Assembly (NCBI RefSeq): GCF_006345805.1
Contig: NW_021827146.1
Location: forward strand, 1 to 10,969
Source of the DNA: Octopus sinensis
Lineage: Eukaryota
DNA: 10,969 bases
Direction of reading: 5' to 3'
The position numbers and the translations under genes are program-made. This document shows, in pieces, positions 7,373 through 10,969 of the stretch (position 1 is its first letter; each line of letters opens with the position of its first letter). Under the pieces are notes generated by a model that made no database searches, was not told where the DNA came from, and saw nothing but the letters and a program-made list of their open reading frames with translations.

Positions 7373-7552
7373 TCTGTCTCTTTTTCTCTCTCTCTCTCCT
7401 CCCTTATTCCCTTCCTTCTTTCCTCTCCATCCGTCTCCCCCCTTCTACGTTTCTCTATCTCTCTCACCTCAGCCCCCTCGATCTGTCTCTTTCTCTCCTC
7501 CCTCGTCCACCTTCTCTCTCTTTTCATCTGTCCTTCTCCTGTCTTTTTTCTC
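7373..7552. repeat. Degenerate (CT)n polypyrimidine tract
   Basis: About 180 bp consisting almost entirely of C and T on the + strand. Confidence 0.9.
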
Positions 7553-8045
7553 ACGTGACCGCTGTTGAGCGCTCTTTTCGTTTCAGCAGTCGCAGAAGAA
7601 ACACGTATTTGTTCGTCTCCCCGCGGCCATTAGGCACAACTTCACAAGCCAGCCCCATACTCAACTCGTCCTGTCGAAAGACCCTTGTCTACGTCCTGGT
7701 TTTGTTTTGTTGTTTATTTTTTTATTTTTACCGTTATTGTTTTACGTTTTTGTATTCTTATTGGGTCACGTATTCTGTATTTGTTGTTGTGTACTTCGTT
7801 CGTTTCCGTCCTCGCGTTGTATACATTCGAAGCTTTCTTCCAGGGGATCTAATGCCCTTGGCTTAGATTTCCCTTGGCGGGCTGGCCATATCGGAGCAAT
7901 CTCAAGATTAATCAGCCGAAATTGCTAAGATGATCTGGTTCTTGACTGATGACTGAGGGCTTCGAATGTCCCGTCCTGTGGTTCTTGTGTCGTCTCTGTG
8001 GTGTTTGATGTTCTTGTCCATGTCTGTAATTATTTTTACTGTTTA
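7553..8045. other. CpG-containing segment, possibly a dispersed-repeat remnant (unclassified)
   Basis: Higher complexity and more CpG than the flanks, bounded by microsatellites. It resembles an octopus repeat I recall, but there is only one copy in the window, so this is not demonstrable here. Confidence 0.3.
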
Positions 8046-8523
8046 CCTATATATATATATATATATATACAAATACTTAGTTTATATTTTCATTAACTTT
8101 ACATTTTATTTCGTTTGGCTTTCATAAATTATACTTATATGCTGAACCCTTTAAAGTTAATGCATTTCGGAGACCACGGGTTTCAAATGGGCCCTCAAAC
8201 TAGCATCAATCCCTGAAACACAGTCGTGTCTGATATAGCTGCAAGGATGTTACCCAGCTTATAATTGTCATACGTGCAATTATATATAAGTCTAATATGA
8301 GTAATATGTGTACTAAAAATTTCCGGAAAACGGGGTTTGAGCAGATGAAGGACCAAAGAAATAAACAACAATAAGCTGTCATAGAGAGGGTGGGTTGACT
8401 AAGTCATATTCTGATGTTAATCACCGGAATACTAACACAATACTATTGGATTAGCGCCAATGTTAAACGCCATTTTGGATTCAATGAGTGAGCAGGAAGT
8501 ATATTTGTGGTTATTTTAAGTAA

Positions 8524-8586
8524 TGCTGCTTTCGCTGCTGCTGCTGCTGTTGTTGGTTGTTGGTTGTTGTTGTTGTTGTTGTTGTT
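8524..8586. repeat. (GCT)n-(GTT)n compound microsatellite
   Basis: Read directly from the sequence. Confidence 0.9.
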
Positions 8587-8683
8587 TAAATTTAGATTAA
8601 ATCTATGTAGGAAATGTTTTCATCACATTTAGACATAATAATCCGTTTGCTATAAAAATATAAATGATATATAAATGGGGTGG

Positions 8684-8957
8684 AGTACACACAAACACAC
8701 GCACACACATATACAAACACGCACACACACACACAAGCAAACAAACGCACGGAGAACACAGACACACGGATACACATACGCATACATAGACATACACGCA
8801 CATACGTACACGAACGCACGCATACAAAGATATAAGATATATGTGTGTGTGTATTAATATATATATATATATATATGTATGTATACATATATATACATAT
8901 GTGTGTATGTATATATATATATATACATACGTATATATATATATATACATACGTATA

Positions 8958-8991
<34 letters not shown>

Positions 8992-9050
8992 CATATCTAT
9001 ATATATAGATATATAGATATATGTACAATATATATATAAATATATATACA
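8684..9050. repeat. Compound (CA)n/(TA)n low-complexity region
   Basis: Read directly from the sequence. Confidence 0.9.
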
Positions 9051-9320
9051 AAAGTTTTAACACTTGGATATGTTCCTACACACAACACCTGGTATGTGAA
9101 TGAGAAATGGAGTCTTAATGATCGTGTAACAGCTGCCATTGATATATTAACATGGGCATTACTAATTAGTTAATGTAGATTTTTGTAATGAATTAAATGA
9201 GACAGGTTTTATTAATGACTGAATGCATCGCATACAGTTAACGCAACTGGTGCTTGGAAGTAGTGCAGCTTTTAACATAAGTGGTAATAAATTATCACTG
9301 TTAATATGTAGTGCTAAGGA

Positions 9321-9323
<3 letters not shown>

Positions 9324-9365
<42 letters not shown>
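9324..9365. repeat. (CAT)14
   Basis: Read directly from the sequence. It is the source of the poly-Met ORF. Confidence 0.97.
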
Positions 9366-9366
<1 letters not shown>

Positions 9367-9514
9367 GTTTAACGTCCACTTTCCTTGCTAGCATGGGTTG
9401 GACGATTGACTGAGGTCTGGTGAACCAGATGGCTGCACCAGGCTCCAATCTGATCTGGCAGAGTTTCTACAGCTGGATGCTCTTCCTAACACCAACCATT
9501 CCGAGAGTGTAGTG

Positions 9515-9783
9515 GGTGCTTTTATGTGCCACTGGTACGAGGGCCAGTCAGGCGGTACTGGCAATGGCCATGCTCAATTGGTGCTTTTATGTGCCACCTG
9601 CACAGGAGCCAGTCCAGTGGTACTGGCAACAATCTTGCTCGAATGTTTTTTCACGTGCCACCAGCACAAGTGCCAGTAAGGCAAGGCGACACAGGTAATA
9701 ATCATGCCAGCTTGTTGCTCTGGCAATGATCTCACTCGTATGGTACTCTTAGCGCTCCACTAGCACGGATGCCAGTCATCGAA
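9515..9783. repeat. Degenerate ~62-65-bp minisatellite, about 4 units
   Basis: Units start at about 9515, 9580, 9642 and 9740. Shared core is tgcttttatgtgccac...gccagt...ggtactggcaa...gctc. Confidence 0.85.
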
Positions 9784-9915
9784 ATAGAATGGAGAATAGA
9801 AATGTAAAAAGAAATTAGGAATAAAAAATATTTTTTAGAAAAGGGATAAAAGCATAAGAGTGTAAGAAGAGGGAGGAATTTAAGCAAGGTTATTTGACTG
9901 GTAGTATTCAATAGC

Positions 9916-10033
9916 CCTATTTTGCCTTTCATCCAATCAGGGTCGATAAATTAAGTACAAATTGCTAATTGGGATCAATCTAATCAACTACCTCCCTCCC
10001 CAAAAATTCCGGGCCTTGTGCATAGAATAGAAA
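9916..10033 (+). mobile_element. 5'-truncated family-1-related SINE with a 13-bp target-site duplication
   Basis: tttgcctttcatcc...gggtcgataaattaagtac matches the family 1 body. AGTATTCAATAGC flanks it at 9903-9915 and 10034-10046. Confidence 0.85.
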
Positions 10034-10049
10034 AGTATTCAATAGCTCT

Positions 10050-10475
10050 AATGAATACTATCAGCATTTGTCTTATGAAGAAAGGCTGAAGACGCTCGAC
10101 CTTTATTCTCTAGAAAAACGACGACGCCGTGCTGATCTCATTCTCACTCACAACATCATAAGCGGAAAGTGTAACCTCTCGAAAGAGCTGTTCTTCACTC
10201 CTGCTCCAGAGCGTCGGCTGCGGGGTCACTCCAAAAAGCTCTATCTGCGACGATTTCATCTCAATCGAAGGAGAGAGGCTTTCTCCGTCCGGGTTGCGGA
10301 TCCGTGGAATAAGCTGCCGGACAAGATAGTGAAGATGCTGACGACTGCTCGGTTCAAAGTCTCTCTTGACCAGAAATGGCCTGAACTCTTTGCATGAACA
10401 CCCCTCGCTTGGATATTTACCATTTCTGAGGTTCTGCTCACTATGAAAGATTTGTAGCCTAGATCTTACCTCTTG
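10050..10475 (+). mobile_element. CR1-type LINE 3' end (ORF2 C-terminus plus short 3' UTR), 5'-truncated
   Basis: Coding remnant runs to TGA at 10395-10397, followed by about 80 nt of 3' UTR and then (TACA)n. Confidence 0.85.
10062..10397 (+). pseudogene. Post-RT C-terminal region of a CR1-group LINE ORF2
   Basis: HLSYEERLKTLDLYSLEKRRRRADLI...LRGHSKKL...FSVRVADPWNKLP matches the LSYEERL..L.L.SLE.RR.R.DLI / RGH..KL / FS.RV...WN.LP motifs characteristic of CR1-group ORF2. Confidence 0.9.
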
Positions 10476-10521
10476 TATACATACATACATACATACATAC
10501 ATACATACATACATACATACA

Positions 10522-10553
<32 letters not shown>

Positions 10554-10554
10554 C

Positions 10555-10585
<31 letters not shown>

Positions 10586-10633
10586 TATAATAATAATAAT
10601 AATAATAATAATATAATAATAATAATAATAATA

Positions 10634-10680
<47 letters not shown>
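10476..10680. repeat. Compound (TACA)n-(TA)n-(CA)n-(AAT)n microsatellite
   Basis: TACA at 10478-10550, TA to about 10576, CA to about 10584, AAT at about 10588-10680. Confidence 0.95.
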
Positions 10681-10969
10681 GCCCTGATGCAGTACCAGGC
10701 AGTGGCTCTCATGGCTTCTGATCTTAACTGATTGGAAGTGTTATCATGTACATTGTTTTGTCTTGGTATAAAAGATGGGCTACAGCAAATATTCTGCTCA
10801 ATACCACAGATTTGCTTGCCAGTTGTTTGGCCTTAACCAGTTGAGCATGTCCCTTAGTGGCTGACGATATGTGCATCTCTGATCACGAGCAGAAGTAGTG
10901 GGGGAGCATCATGGTCATGTATTGAGAGGGATTCTTTGGGGTTTGAATAATTCACCTCTGGAAACATAG
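10681..10969 (+). mobile_element. ~550-bp (AAT)n-embedded element, copy A3 (cut by the window end)
   Basis: Same left junction as A1 (aataataaat|gccctgatgc). About 97% identical to A1 over 289 bp by hand count. Confidence 0.85.

Larger units (their letters stand above)
9324..9783 (-). mobile_element. SINE-like retroposon 3' part with an (ATG)n tail and internal minisatellite, 5'-truncated
   Basis: The minus strand reads ...tggttggtgttaggaagagcatccagctgtagaaa...cgtccaacccatgctagcaaggaaagtggacgttaaacg(atg)14. ATG-type tails are typical of RTE-mobilised elements. No tRNA head is visible. Confidence 0.7.

Noticed and set aside
7676-7970. Hammerhead-like parts: GAAA-GAC-cctt-GTC-TA (7676-7691) and CTGATGA...GAAT (7946-7967)
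   Set aside because: Stems I and II do not pair in either type I or type II topology, and the downstream motif has GAAT rather than GAAA.

Overview
This is eukaryotic, AT-rich, repeat-dominated non-coding DNA (intergenic or intronic). I recognise the repeat families as octopod cephalopod (Octopus-like), from memory and not from a search. No host gene, structural RNA gene or CRISPR array is supported, and nearly all ORFs in the track are microsatellite read-throughs. The window holds (i) several tRNA-derived SINE copies in both orientations, (ii) a decayed Tc1/mariner 5' fragment, (iii) the 3' end of a CR1-type LINE, and (iv) many micro- and minisatellites. The most notable part is the (AAT)n cluster at 1052-3633. 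There, two 3' fragments of an R4/Dong-type retrotransposon with a restriction-like endonuclease alternate with copies of a ~550-bp non-coding element that has fixed ends. A third copy of that element lies in another (AAT)n tract at 10681. All copies share one orientation, and every visible right-hand junction has the same register in the repeat. The best candidate for an undescribed system is therefore a non-autonomous element that targets (AAT)n and may be mobilised by the Dong-like enzyme. That link is inferred, not shown.
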